Shown piece after piece: positions 22,669-31,849 of a stretch of 32,000 bases of DNA (position 1 is its first letter; each line of letters begins with the position of its first letter). The translations under genes were made by a program, and so were the position numbers. Where the stretch lies: the NCBI GenBank assembly GCA_000387965.1, contig APJZ01000004.1, positions 1-32,000 of the forward strand, given 5' to 3'. Below the pieces are notes generated by a model. It worked only from the letters and a program-made list of their open reading frames with translations, searched no databases and was not told the origin of the DNA. The stretch comes from Candidatus Nanobsidianus stetteri (GTDB lineage Archaea > Nanobdellota > Nanobdellia > Nanobdellales > Nanobdellaceae).

Positions 22669-24058
22669 AATAGAATATAAAGTATTATCTATATTAAACG
22701 ATAATTGGAAAAATTTAGATGAGATTTCAAATGAATTAAATATTGATAAATATAAAGTGTTAAGGACTTTAGGCTTTTTAAGGGAAAAAGAATTAATAGA
22801 ATTAAGAGAAGAAAAAATAAAAAGATATGAATTATCAGAAATTGGAAAAAAATATTTAAAGGAAGGATTACCTGAAAGAAGATTATTAAATTTATTAAAA
22901 GAAAAGAAAGAATTAAATTTGGAAGAATTAAATGAATATTTTAATAAAGATGAATTATCCTTCTCTTTAGGATTTTTAAGAAAAAATGGGGCAATAAAAA
23001 TTGAAAATGGAAAAGTAATATATATTAGAGATATAGAAACATATGAAAGATATTTAGAAAATATTGATGAAAATACAATAAAATTATTTAAAGGAAGAAA
23101 AGGAATTATTGAAGAAAAAGAAGAAACAATTTATTATGCAAAAATAAATGATAAAGGAAAAGAAATATTAAAAAATTATAAACCAGAAGAATATATTGAA
23201 AAATATACAAAGGAAGTTATTGATAAAAAGATATATAAAAATAAAAAATTTAGACCATATGATATAAGGATAAATATTGAGGAAGAAAATATTGGAAGAT
23301 ATAATCCATATTTAGAATTTTTAGATAAAATAAGAGAAGAATTAATATCAATGGGATTTAAAGAAATGGATAAATATAGTATGATAGTATCACATTTTTG
23401 GGATTTAGATTCTTTATTTATACCACAAGACCATCCTGCAGGAGATATTTCAATAATGGATGCATTTTATATTAAAAATATACAATATATAGAAGATTTT
23501 CCAAAAGATTTATTTGAAAATGTTAAAAATACTCAATTAAAATATTTTAAGATATTTGATGAAAATATTTCAAAAAGAACTATGTTAATATCTCATGATA
23601 CTGCTATATCTGCAAAAACATTATTAAATGCAGAAAAACCTGGTAAATATTTCTTAATAGAAAAAGTATTTAGATATGATACAATTGATGCTAAACATTT
23701 TATTGAATTTAATCAACTTGAAGGAATTGTTTTAGATGATAATTTAACATTTTTAGATTTATTGGGAATATTAAAAGAATTGGTATTAAATGTTGTAAAA
23801 GCAAAAAATGTAAAATTTTATCCGGCATATTTTCCATTTACAGAACCTTCAGTTGAAGTATATGCCGAACATCCAAAATTGGGATGGATTGAAGTTGGAG
23901 GTGCAGGTGTATTTAGAGAAGAACTATTAAGACAATTTAGTATAGATTATCCAGTATTGGCTTGGGGTCTTGGTGTTGATAGACTTGCAACAATATATTT
24001 GAATATTAATGATATAAGGGAATTGCATACTAGAAATATTAAAAAATTGCAAGAATAA
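22658..24058 (+). CDS. pheS: Phenylalanyl-tRNA synthetase alpha subunit (archaeal type)
   Basis: N-terminal wHTH repeats, then a class II core: FIPQDHPAGD, FRYDTIDAKHFIEFNQLEG, FPFTEPSVEV, GAGVFREELL, AWGLGVDRLA. Confidence 0.9.
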   Translation: MISEIEYKVLSILNDNWKNLDEISNELNIDKYKVLRTLGFLREKELIELREEKIKRYELSEIGKKYLKEGLPERRLLNLLKEKKELNLEELNEYFNKDELSFSLGFLRKNGAIKIENGKVIYIRDIETYERYLENIDENTIKLFKGRKGIIEEKEETIYYAKINDKGKEILKNYKPEEYIEKYTKEVIDKKIYKNKKFRPYDIRINIEEENIGRYNPYLEFLDKIREELISMGFKEMDKYSMIVSHFWDLDSLFIPQDHPAGDISIMDAFYIKNIQYIEDFPKDLFENVKNTQLKYFKIFDENISKRTMLISHDTAISAKTLLNAEKPGKYFLIEKVFRYDTIDAKHFIEFNQLEGIVLDDNLTFLDLLGILKELVLNVVKAKNVKFYPAYFPFTEPSVEVYAEHPKLGWIEVGGAGVFREELLRQFSIDYPVLAWGLGVDRLATIYLNINDIRELHTRNIKKLQE

Positions 24059-24068
24059 ATATCTTTTT

Positions 24069-24815
24069 ATGGATAATAATCCTAATGATATAATATTAAA
24101 TTTTTCAAAAGATTTAATTGAAAAAGTTGATGGATTGGTAAAATCAATTGTTTTATTTGGATCATATGCAGAAAATAGAGAAAATGAAAAGTCGGATATT
24201 GACTTATTAATAATAGTAGATGATATATATGCAAATGATCTAAATATAACAGTTCCATTTTATTTTGATAATTTAAACAAATTATTGGCAGATGAAAAAT
24301 ATAAAAAAATCCATGTAACAACATTGACATTATCGAAATTTTGGGAAATGATAATAAACGGAGATCCATTGGTTTTAGATATATTAAGAAAGGGTGAAGC
24401 AATAATAGATCCTGCAGGAATTTTTGGTTCTCTTAAAAAAATGCTAGAAAATGGTTTGATAAAAACATCACCAGAATATTTAGAAATAATGAAAAAAAGA
24501 GCTGAAGAAGGAATAAATTATGCTAATTTAATGTTAATAAAGGCATTTGAAAGTTTATATAATTCAGTTGTAACAATCTCTCAATATTATTTAATTAAAA
24601 ATAATATAAATATATATGGTCCAGAAGATATATTAAATAAATTTGAAGAATTAAAAAGAAAAAGAAAAATTTCTTCAGAAGTTTATAATTATTATAAAGA
24701 AATTTTTGAATATATGAAGAAAATAGAACATAGAGAAATTAAGAATATTGATTTGGATTTATTAAAAGAATTTTTAGAAGAATTTGAAAAATATAAAGAA
24801 AAATTAAATATTTAA
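24069..24815 (+). CDS. Nucleotidyltransferase-domain protein with helical HEPN-like C-terminal half
   Basis: LFGSYAENRENEKSDIDLLIIVDD is the minimal NTase GS...DxD signature. The C-terminal ~120 aa are helical and lack an obvious R-x4-6-H motif. Confidence 0.7.
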   Translation: MDNNPNDIILNFSKDLIEKVDGLVKSIVLFGSYAENRENEKSDIDLLIIVDDIYANDLNITVPFYFDNLNKLLADEKYKKIHVTTLTLSKFWEMIINGDPLVLDILRKGEAIIDPAGIFGSLKKMLENGLIKTSPEYLEIMKKRAEEGINYANLMLIKAFESLYNSVVTISQYYLIKNNINIYGPEDILNKFEELKRKRKISSEVYNYYKEIFEYMKKIEHREIKNIDLDLLKEFLEEFEKYKEKLNI

Positions 24816-24816
24816 A

Positions 24817-25533
24817 ATGGAATATAAATTAATTGGACATGGTGCAGAAGCAAAAATATATTTAATTGAAAGTGATAAAAAAGAGAATAATAAATATATA
24901 TTTGAATTTAATAAGGATTTTTTAAATAAATTAGAAATTGATTCTGAAGAATTTAAAATTGAAAATGATAAAAATAAAATAGTATTAAAATATAGATATA
25001 AGAAAAAATATAGAAATGAATTAATTGATAAAGAATTTAGAAAATATAGAACTAGAGTTGAAGCAAAAATATTAGAAAAATTATATAATTATATTAATGT
25101 TCCTAAATTATTATATAAAAATGAAGAAAATGGAATTATTGTAATGGAATATATTGAAGGATATAATTTAGCGAAATATTTGGAAAAATTAAATTATGAA
25201 GAAATATTATATGAAATAGGAAAATATATAGGATTAATTCATAAAAATAAAATTGTTCATGGAGATTTAACTACTGGAAATATGATATATAATAATGGAA
25301 AAATATATTTTATTGATTTTGGATTAAGCTTCTTTTCCAATAGAATTGAAGATTATGCTGTAGATTTACATTTATTTAAAGAATTATTTGAATCAAATCA
25401 CTGGAGAATTTCTGATAAATTTTCTTTAATATTAGAAGGATATAAAGAGAGTTTTCTAGAAAAATATGAAGAAGTTTTTCATAGATTAAAAGTTGTAGAA
25501 TCTAGGGGTAGATATAAATCAATATTATTTTAA
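24817..25533 (+). CDS. bud32: Bud32 / Kae1-associated atypical kinase (KEOPS subunit)
   Basis: GHGAEAKIYL, RTRVEAKILEKL, HGDLTTGNMIY, FIDFGLS and VVESRGRY are Bud32 motifs. It is a stand-alone gene, not fused to Kae1. Confidence 0.85.
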   Translation: MEYKLIGHGAEAKIYLIESDKKENNKYIFEFNKDFLNKLEIDSEEFKIENDKNKIVLKYRYKKKYRNELIDKEFRKYRTRVEAKILEKLYNYINVPKLLYKNEENGIIVMEYIEGYNLAKYLEKLNYEEILYEIGKYIGLIHKNKIVHGDLTTGNMIYNNGKIYFIDFGLSFFSNRIEDYAVDLHLFKELFESNHWRISDKFSLILEGYKESFLEKYEEVFHRLKVVESRGRYKSILF

Positions 25534-25594
25534 TTCATTGATTAGCAATATTATTTAAAAATAGCTTAAATATATCAAAATTTCTTAATACTCT

Positions 25595-25777
25595 ATGGCA
25601 ACATACATATGCCCAAGATGTCATTCAACAAATATAGTACCATTATTTGCAAAAGATAATAGTTGGGTATGTTTAGATTGTGGATATCAGGGTCCTGCAC
25701 AGTTGATAAATAAAGATTTAGAATATTTTTGGAACGAGTATCAGAAACTCGAAAATATAAATAAGGTTAAGGGATAA
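25595..25777 (+). CDS. Small zinc-ribbon protein
   Basis: 60 aa with CPRC...CLDC, two CxxC pairs spaced by 17 residues. Confidence 0.5.
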   Translation: MATYICPRCHSTNIVPLFAKDNSWVCLDCGYQGPAQLINKDLEYFWNEYQKLENINKVKG

Positions 25778-25786
25778 ATATTTTTT

Positions 25787-26509
25787 ATGTATGATTTCTG
25801 TTTACCAGATGATAATGAAGAAGAATTAGCAAGTGAATATTATAAAAATAGGATAAAAAATGTTGTTTTTTGTTATGAAGTCTTTGATAAAAATGATCTA
25901 AGATATTTTAAATTAAATAATATCTTGTATCATAAAAAATTAAACATATTTTATTGTGCCTTAATAAATAATGAAAATTTTAAAAAATCTTTAGAAATTG
26001 CAAATGAATTATTCTATTCTGATAAATATTATAACGATTTATTATTTATTATTGGAAGAGATTTAAATTATAATGATAAGATTTTGAGTAAATATTTTTT
26101 AAATGGATTATTTGATCCAATTAAATATGATAAAAAATATTATTTTGGAGGAATAAATTATGTAAATATTAAAAGAATAAAAGAAAATAATTTGTCTATT
26201 CTTTTTTCAATGAAGAAATTAATTAATGATATTGAAAAATTTTATACAACTAAAAAATTTTTGGAATTTGCACAAAAGAAATATTTAAATATTCTTATAG
26301 GATCTTTTGCTGAAAATAAAGATGAGGTTCCAAATAGATATCAAATATATTCTTTTTATAAAGTCTTAGGAATTTATTATAGTTTAAATTATTTAAATAA
26401 AATATTTGAGGAACAAATAATTAGGATAAGATTGGCAAAGAGAAAAGATTATTTTACAAAAGGATTTTATATAATTTCTTATCCATATCAGGATTGTAGA
26501 GAATATTAA
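25787..26509 (+). CDS. rnp3: RNase P protein component 3 (Rpp30 family)
   Basis: From memory, the pattern resembles archaeal Rpp30: MYDFCLP...EEELASEY...NVVF at the N-terminus, then GINYVNIKRIKENNLSILFSMKKLI and KYLNILIGSFAENKDEVPNRYQIYSFYKVLGI. Confidence 0.6.
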   Translation: MYDFCLPDDNEEELASEYYKNRIKNVVFCYEVFDKNDLRYFKLNNILYHKKLNIFYCALINNENFKKSLEIANELFYSDKYYNDLLFIIGRDLNYNDKILSKYFLNGLFDPIKYDKKYYFGGINYVNIKRIKENNLSILFSMKKLINDIEKFYTTKKFLEFAQKKYLNILIGSFAENKDEVPNRYQIYSFYKVLGIYYSLNYLNKIFEEQIIRIRLAKRKDYFTKGFYIISYPYQDCREY

Positions 26510-28536
26510 GGTGGCCAGGGATTTTCAGATCCTGTAGAAATTGAAGGCATTACACCATTTGGAGGATATGCTCTAGCAACAACCCATTGTATGTATTGAT
26601 ATGAAGCAACACCACCAGTTCCTGCACCAATTTCTAATGTTGGATATTGATAAGGATTATAATTTAAATTAGAGTATGGATAGTTTCCATAATTTGAATT
26701 ATATGATAAAGGATACATATCTAATAATGTTAATGGAACCCATACTTGATTAGAATTATAAATATAATATCCTGTTTGTGCATAAGATGAATTAACAATT
26801 AAATATGAATAAACAGTTCCTCCAGATGTTGAGAAAGATGTTTGATTTAATGTAATATTCGTTATCACAGATTTTAGATATGTAATACCACTTCCATATT
26901 CAAATTGTACAAATGTAGATAAATTGGATGTCGGTGTATATGTACTCACCGTAGATCCGATACTATACGCATAAATTTGCTGACTTGTATTTCCAAATAA
27001 TGCTATTACATTTGCATGTCCAATACCATTATAATACCATGCCTCTTCAACAATTAATGGTATTTCTGGAATATTCCAATTATTTGGGGGTAAAATATAT
27101 GTACCTTCACTAGTACCACCATTTAACATTTCAATACCATAAGAAGTCGCTGTAGGAGAAAAAGATCCTGAATAAATATATCTATTCCATCCATCAAATG
27201 TATTATTAAAATATCCATACGCTATAAATGTATAATTACCATTATCATATCCTGAAATTACCTGAGGAGAAGCACCAACATATGGATAATATTGAGAATA
27301 ATAGTTTGTATTATAATTTCCAATTGCCATATAAATTACAATATTACTATTAGCAGGAATTCCATTTGGTATATTTACCCACCATACATCACAATATGTA
27401 CTTCCATTAATTAATTGACCTTCATACCATGAATAAGATAATTGTCCATTATTTGAATTAAAGAACATTACATTTTGTCCATTTGGATTTATTTGATTAA
27501 ATAATGTTGGATTATTTACATAAGCAAAATTTGAACCAATATTAATGCTTCCATTACATATTGCTATATCTTGCTGGAAAGGCTCTGGAGTTGGAATAGG
27601 TTGATTATTATATAGTGTTATTGGAACATAATATTGTATTGATAAATTATTAATTGGCGTACATATTTCATTGCCCAAAGATTCTAAACAAAAATATAAA
27701 TCATCATTATTATATTGATAATATCCAACAATTTGCTGACCTGAATAAATTAAACTACTATTAGAAGATGTATTAAAATTATTTCCAAATGATGGTATAT
27801 TATAATTATCATAATATATATTATTCAAATTAATTGGACATATATCATTATTAATTATATTTACTGATATAATACTATTATTCAATTGAGCATTTGATAT
27901 ATTTAAAAAGCTCACAGAAATTCCATTCAAAATTTTCTGAACACTTAAAGATTTTATTTCTCCAGCAATACATTTATAATTATTTAAATATTGAAAAATC
28001 ACATTTCCTTCCAAATTATATAAATTATTTAAATAATTATCATTTATAGCAAATATATTTTGTGGATAAAATATAACATAATATGGTAAATTACCAGTTC
28101 CTTCAAATTGATTATTAAAATATGGGTTATATACTTCATACCCATTAAATATACAGTATCCAGTATTAGAAGATATTATAGAATAATTATTTATTATTTC
28201 AAATGCTACAAAATTATTTGCTGCATATGAAGGTAAGAAATTATAAACATCATCTACTACAATTACATGTGTTGAATTGAAATAATTTGGTACCTGTATA
28301 ATATTATAAGAACAATTATAATAGACGGTAAATGGAATTAATGTAGATCCATACAAATTTAATATATTTTCAAATATATTGTTTCCGTATAATAATTTAT
28401 ATATTTCTCCATATTGGGGAAAAGTGTTTGAATAAAATTGAAATTCTTTATCTAATAAATCTAAGTTAGAAACAAAATAAAATAAAATTAATAATAATAC
28501 AACGACTGAATATAAATATAATTGACTACGAGCCAT
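26506..28536 (-). CDS. Large Asn/Tyr-rich cell-surface protein with DUF2341-like and ConA-like regions, N-terminal membrane anchor or signal
   Basis: The N-terminus is MARSQLYLYSVVVLLLILFYF. YYVPITLYNNQPIPTPEPFQQDIAI...NVMFFNSNNGQLSYSWYEG...CDVWWVNIPNGIPANSNIVIYMAIGN fits the DUF2341 pattern. There are many N-x-S/T sequons. Confidence 0.65.
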   Translation of the reverse strand: MARSQLYLYSVVVLLLILFYFVSNLDLLDKEFQFYSNTFPQYGEIYKLLYGNNIFENILNLYGSTLIPFTVYYNCSYNIIQVPNYFNSTHVIVVDDVYNFLPSYAANNFVAFEIINNYSIISSNTGYCIFNGYEVYNPYFNNQFEGTGNLPYYVIFYPQNIFAINDNYLNNLYNLEGNVIFQYLNNYKCIAGEIKSLSVQKILNGISVSFLNISNAQLNNSIISVNIINNDICPINLNNIYYDNYNIPSFGNNFNTSSNSSLIYSGQQIVGYYQYNNDDLYFCLESLGNEICTPINNLSIQYYVPITLYNNQPIPTPEPFQQDIAICNGSINIGSNFAYVNNPTLFNQINPNGQNVMFFNSNNGQLSYSWYEGQLINGSTYCDVWWVNIPNGIPANSNIVIYMAIGNYNTNYYSQYYPYVGASPQVISGYDNGNYTFIAYGYFNNTFDGWNRYIYSGSFSPTATSYGIEMLNGGTSEGTYILPPNNWNIPEIPLIVEEAWYYNGIGHANVIALFGNTSQQIYAYSIGSTVSTYTPTSNLSTFVQFEYGSGITYLKSVITNITLNQTSFSTSGGTVYSYLIVNSSYAQTGYYIYNSNQVWVPLTLLDMYPLSYNSNYGNYPYSNLNYNPYQYPTLEIGAGTGGVASYQYIQWVVARAYPPNGVMPSISTGSENPWPP

Positions 28537-30343
28537 ATATAGAAAATCTAGAATATCCTAGGCCATAGGGATAAACTATACTACTACTATATTTATACCC
28601 GTTTGGTACCGGATTTACACTAAAATAATTCCAATAATTATATAATATTATTGGTATTAATTGATCTGAATAATAAACATTTACAGGATAGCATTGGCTA
28701 ATATTGATATTTGAAGATAATATATTATCCTGATAATCCGGAGGAATTGAATAATCTATTATCAATTGAGAATATGGTTCTACAAAATTTATAGATTGTG
28801 GATTATTATATGCCTGCATATTATAATTTGGAATATTCTCATATAATATTCCTGTATTTTGATTATAGTTTTTACCATAATAAATTATTACTGGGTTATA
28901 ATAATTAAAATCTTCTGAATAATATATATTTTCTAATTGATTTATTGTTAATGGTTGATTATAAAATGCAATTACATATATATTTCCTAAAAATGTACAT
29001 TGAGGAGAATACATTGTTGTAGGAGTTCCTAAATATATTGTTTCATTTGGTGGATAATATAAATTTAAAGGTTGCAAAGATGGCCAACCAGGGTAAGGTA
29101 CTAATTGACCATAATATATTCCACTTTGATTTATAAATCCTCCATAAAATTGTCCGTTACTACTATTATATTCCCAGAAAACAAATACCCATTGATTCAT
29201 TGGTAAAGTATAATTTGGTAAGTATCCTATAGTAACACTTTCATCTATCCCTAAATAATATTGACCATTATTTGGTAAAATTATTTGTCTAAATGTAGAA
29301 CCTGCATAATCATTTAATCCAGATAAATGAACTATTGCACTTACATAATTTTCTCCAGAAGCACATGAAGAAGAATAATAACTATTTATATAAATCCAAG
29401 CAACAACTGTTATTGATGTATCTCCAGATAATACAGAAGGATAATACGAAGAATTTGTTAAATTAAAATATTGATTATTATTTGTAAAAGATATAACATT
29501 AGATTGATCTAAGCATTGAGGAGAAATATATAATGTTTCCCAACTAAATGGGAATATAACATATGGTACTAATTGAGCAGGTAAATTATTCACCAATTGA
29601 TAATTGTTTGTTAAATTTAAATAATTAAAATTATTATTTTCAGCTCTAAATAATATAATTATTGGTTGCGTATAACCGTTAGGTAAATTTAATGATATAT
29701 TTACCATAGGAATATATCCGTTAGATGTACTAACATATGATACATTTAAATATTGGATTTGTATTGGGTATAAATCAATATTATATGCATAAAATGAATA
29801 TGGATCTACAGTATAATTAATAAAATTTGTTACATTTGTTAAATTTAAATATATAGACAAATTACTAGAAGAATAACTAGATATTATTATCCCATACCAA
29901 TCATCACTTGATGCAATATTTCCACATAAATTTCCTTGAGAATTATATATTAAGAAAAAGTTGTTAACTTGTCCATTTATATTTAATGAATATAATAAAT
30001 TGTTTCCTAGATATGGAAATGGAAATAAAAATTCATAACATGTTGAATTATAAGTATTATAAAAGTTTAAACTATAATCTACAGTTTGTTTTAAATCATA
30101 ATAATTAAAATAACCTGATAACATACTATTATATATTGAAGCTAGTACATCAAATTGATTTGTCTCTAAAAAACTTAGAAATTTATCATTATAAGTATTT
30201 GCTAGGGCGGTATACAATGTATATTTTTTATTAAATATATTTATGTAATATGAAGGATTTTGAGGAAATTGTAAATTTGTTAAGAATATTAATATTAAAG
30301 ATACAACTAATATTATTTCTACTAAATAATTAAATGATCTCAT
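28526..30343 (-). CDS. Large Asn/Tyr-rich cell-surface protein with LamG (ConA-like lectin) domain, N-terminal membrane anchor or signal
   Basis: The N-terminus is MRSFNYLVEIILVVSLILIFL. LamG_3-like pattern: ITVVAWIYIN ... NQWVFVFWEYNSSNGQFYGGFINQSG ... IYLGTP ... FLGNIYVIAFYNQPLTINQLENIY. It overlaps the downstream gene by 11 nt. Confidence 0.65.
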   Translation of the reverse strand: MRSFNYLVEIILVVSLILIFLTNLQFPQNPSYYINIFNKKYTLYTALANTYNDKFLSFLETNQFDVLASIYNSMLSGYFNYYDLKQTVDYSLNFYNTYNSTCYEFLFPFPYLGNNLLYSLNINGQVNNFFLIYNSQGNLCGNIASSDDWYGIIISSYSSSNLSIYLNLTNVTNFINYTVDPYSFYAYNIDLYPIQIQYLNVSYVSTSNGYIPMVNISLNLPNGYTQPIIILFRAENNNFNYLNLTNNYQLVNNLPAQLVPYVIFPFSWETLYISPQCLDQSNVISFTNNNQYFNLTNSSYYPSVLSGDTSITVVAWIYINSYYSSSCASGENYVSAIVHLSGLNDYAGSTFRQIILPNNGQYYLGIDESVTIGYLPNYTLPMNQWVFVFWEYNSSNGQFYGGFINQSGIYYGQLVPYPGWPSLQPLNLYYPPNETIYLGTPTTMYSPQCTFLGNIYVIAFYNQPLTINQLENIYYSEDFNYYNPVIIYYGKNYNQNTGILYENIPNYNMQAYNNPQSINFVEPYSQLIIDYSIPPDYQDNILSSNINISQCYPVNVYYSDQLIPIILYNYWNYFSVNPVPNGYKYSSSIVYPYGLGYSRFSIYGS

Positions 30344-30366
30344 ATACCTATTATGAAAAAAATAAG

Positions 30367-30374
30367 TTTATATA
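30367..30374. promoter_or_regulatory. Central TATA element TTTATATA shared by the divergent surface-protein and secF genes
   Basis: Lies 24-31 nt from the minus-strand ATG (30343) and 23-30 nt from the plus-strand ATG (30397). The spacer is 53 nt. Confidence 0.45.
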
Positions 30375-30396
30375 CCTTTTTAAGAATATGTAAAAA

Positions 30397-31275
30397 ATGA
30401 GCATATTAATGAAAATCTTGTCTTTTATAGAAAAAAATTATAAGAAGTTTCTAATAATTTCCATATCAATATTTGTAATATTTGTTGGAATAATATTATT
30501 TAATTACTTTAAGTACGGATATATAATTAATAAATCTATTACAATTTCCGGAGGTTATGTGACATTAATTAATAATAATTATCATATAACAAATACAGAA
30601 ATACAAAATGTGTTGAATCAAATGAATATAACGGATTATGTATTATATAATACACCAAATATTATTTATATTGAATCGGAAAAGCAAATTAATGAAACAT
30701 TATTAATTAATTTATTAAATCAAGATTATAATATCAAACTATTGCCTACGGATATATCAATACAACAATATAGTTCTTTGGTAGGAAATCTTATATTTAA
30801 TCAATTTTTATTCTTTGTAATTTTAGCAATGATACTTACAGCATTTATAATATTCATAGCATTTAGAGCTTCTAAGATTACTTTAAATATAATATCTACA
30901 ATATTATTTGATGTTATTGGATTATTAGCAATATTATCTATAACAAAATATCCTATAGGAGCAAATGGATTTATTGGAATGTTAATGATTTTAGGATTTG
31001 CAATTGATAATAATGTAGTATTATCAACAAACATAGTAAAGGAAAAGGATAAACCATTTATTGAAAGAGTAAGAATGTCTTTTAGAGTTGGAATGCTAAT
31101 GGAAATTATTGCATTATATACATTACTTTTATTATATTTTATAGTTCCAGAACCATCAGTTGATGAATTTGCATTTGTATTATCTGTTGCAATAATATTA
31201 GATTTATTATATTATCTTATTGGAAATATACCATTATATAAATATTTTGAAGTTAAAAAAGAACAAGAAAGTTAG
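30397..31275 (+). CDS. secF: Protein-export membrane protein SecF (SecD/F family)
   Basis: N-terminal TM followed by an ISGGY loop. The C-terminal TM bundle FDVIGLLAILSI...GMLMILGFAIDNNVVLSTNIVKEK resembles HDV...LTIIGYSINDTIVVFDRIRE. Confidence 0.6.
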   Translation: MSILMKILSFIEKNYKKFLIISISIFVIFVGIILFNYFKYGYIINKSITISGGYVTLINNNYHITNTEIQNVLNQMNITDYVLYNTPNIIYIESEKQINETLLINLLNQDYNIKLLPTDISIQQYSSLVGNLIFNQFLFFVILAMILTAFIIFIAFRASKITLNIISTILFDVIGLLAILSITKYPIGANGFIGMLMILGFAIDNNVVLSTNIVKEKDKPFIERVRMSFRVGMLMEIIALYTLLLLYFIVPEPSVDEFAFVLSVAIILDLLYYLIGNIPLYKYFEVKKEQES

Positions 31276-31730
31276 ACATCAACAACTATTTCTGCACTCC
31301 AATAGGTTTTCATTATTTTTGTAATATTTATATCATGTAAAGTAACTGCTTTAACTTCTTTTTTAAATCCATGTTTTTCTTTATCATATTTTTCCCCATA
31401 AACCTCAAATCTACATACCCATTTATATTTCTTGCTTTCAACTCTAACTTTTTTTAAATTTTTTACTCTTATATCTCTTACAGCAAACTTATCCTTATAA
31501 AAAACCTCTTCTAAACATATTCTAGCAACATTATATATAATTTCTAATATATTTTTTCCTTCAATTACAAATTGTTTTGATTCTTTTTTCTCAACTTTTT
31601 CATTATCATATATAATATTAAACATTCCCAATATTAATGCCTCAATTGCTCTCTTTGGTGTATTTCCATAACCAACAATCTTTATATCTGCTGTATGGTC
31701 TTCATATTCATATTCCCTCAAAACAGTCAT
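31272..31730 (-). CDS. Archease (RtcB tRNA-splicing ligase cofactor family)
   Basis: YEYEDHTADIKIVGYGNTPKRAIEAL is the N-terminal archease signature, and KAVTLHD lies near the C-terminus. Confidence 0.8.
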   Translation of the reverse strand: MTVLREYEYEDHTADIKIVGYGNTPKRAIEALILGMFNIIYDNEKVEKKESKQFVIEGKNILEIIYNVARICLEEVFYKDKFAVRDIRVKNLKKVRVESKKYKWVCRFEVYGEKYDKEKHGFKKEVKAVTLHDINITKIMKTYWSAEIVVDV

Positions 31731-31760
31731 ATTAAAAATATTTTTAAATAATTTTATAAA

Positions 31761-31809
31761 TCAGTAGACCGACAACTCATCATTTTTCAGATTTTTAGAT
31801 TCTCATCAT
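31761..31809 (-). ncRNA. C/D box sRNA (2'-O-methylation guide), box-defined core
   Basis: The minus strand reads AUGAUGA (C, 31809-31803), GAAUCUAAAAAU (12 nt), CUGA (D', 31790-31787), AAA, AUGAUGA (C', 31783-31777), GUUGUCGGUCUA (12 nt), CUGA (D, 31764-31761). All four boxes are perfect, with the canonical archaeal 12-nt guides and a 3-nt D'-C' spacer. It is intergenic. Confidence 0.85.
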
Positions 31810-31849
31810 AAAAGATAAATATATTAAAATTTTTAAATAAATATATTTT

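Noticed and set aside
24082-24402. Minus-strand 106-aa ORF inside the nucleotidyltransferase gene
   Set aside because: It is a shadow ORF opposite a gene with a clear NTase signature.
28470-30343. Class III (type IV pilin-like) signal peptides at the N-termini of the two surface proteins
   Set aside because: The R-S-hydrophobic junction does not match the usual [KR]-[GA] cleavage context as I recall it. It is retained only as a hint inside the surface-protein finding.
30801-31034. Minus-strand 77-aa ORF inside secF
   Set aside because: It is antisense to the SecF transmembrane bundle and has no independent support.
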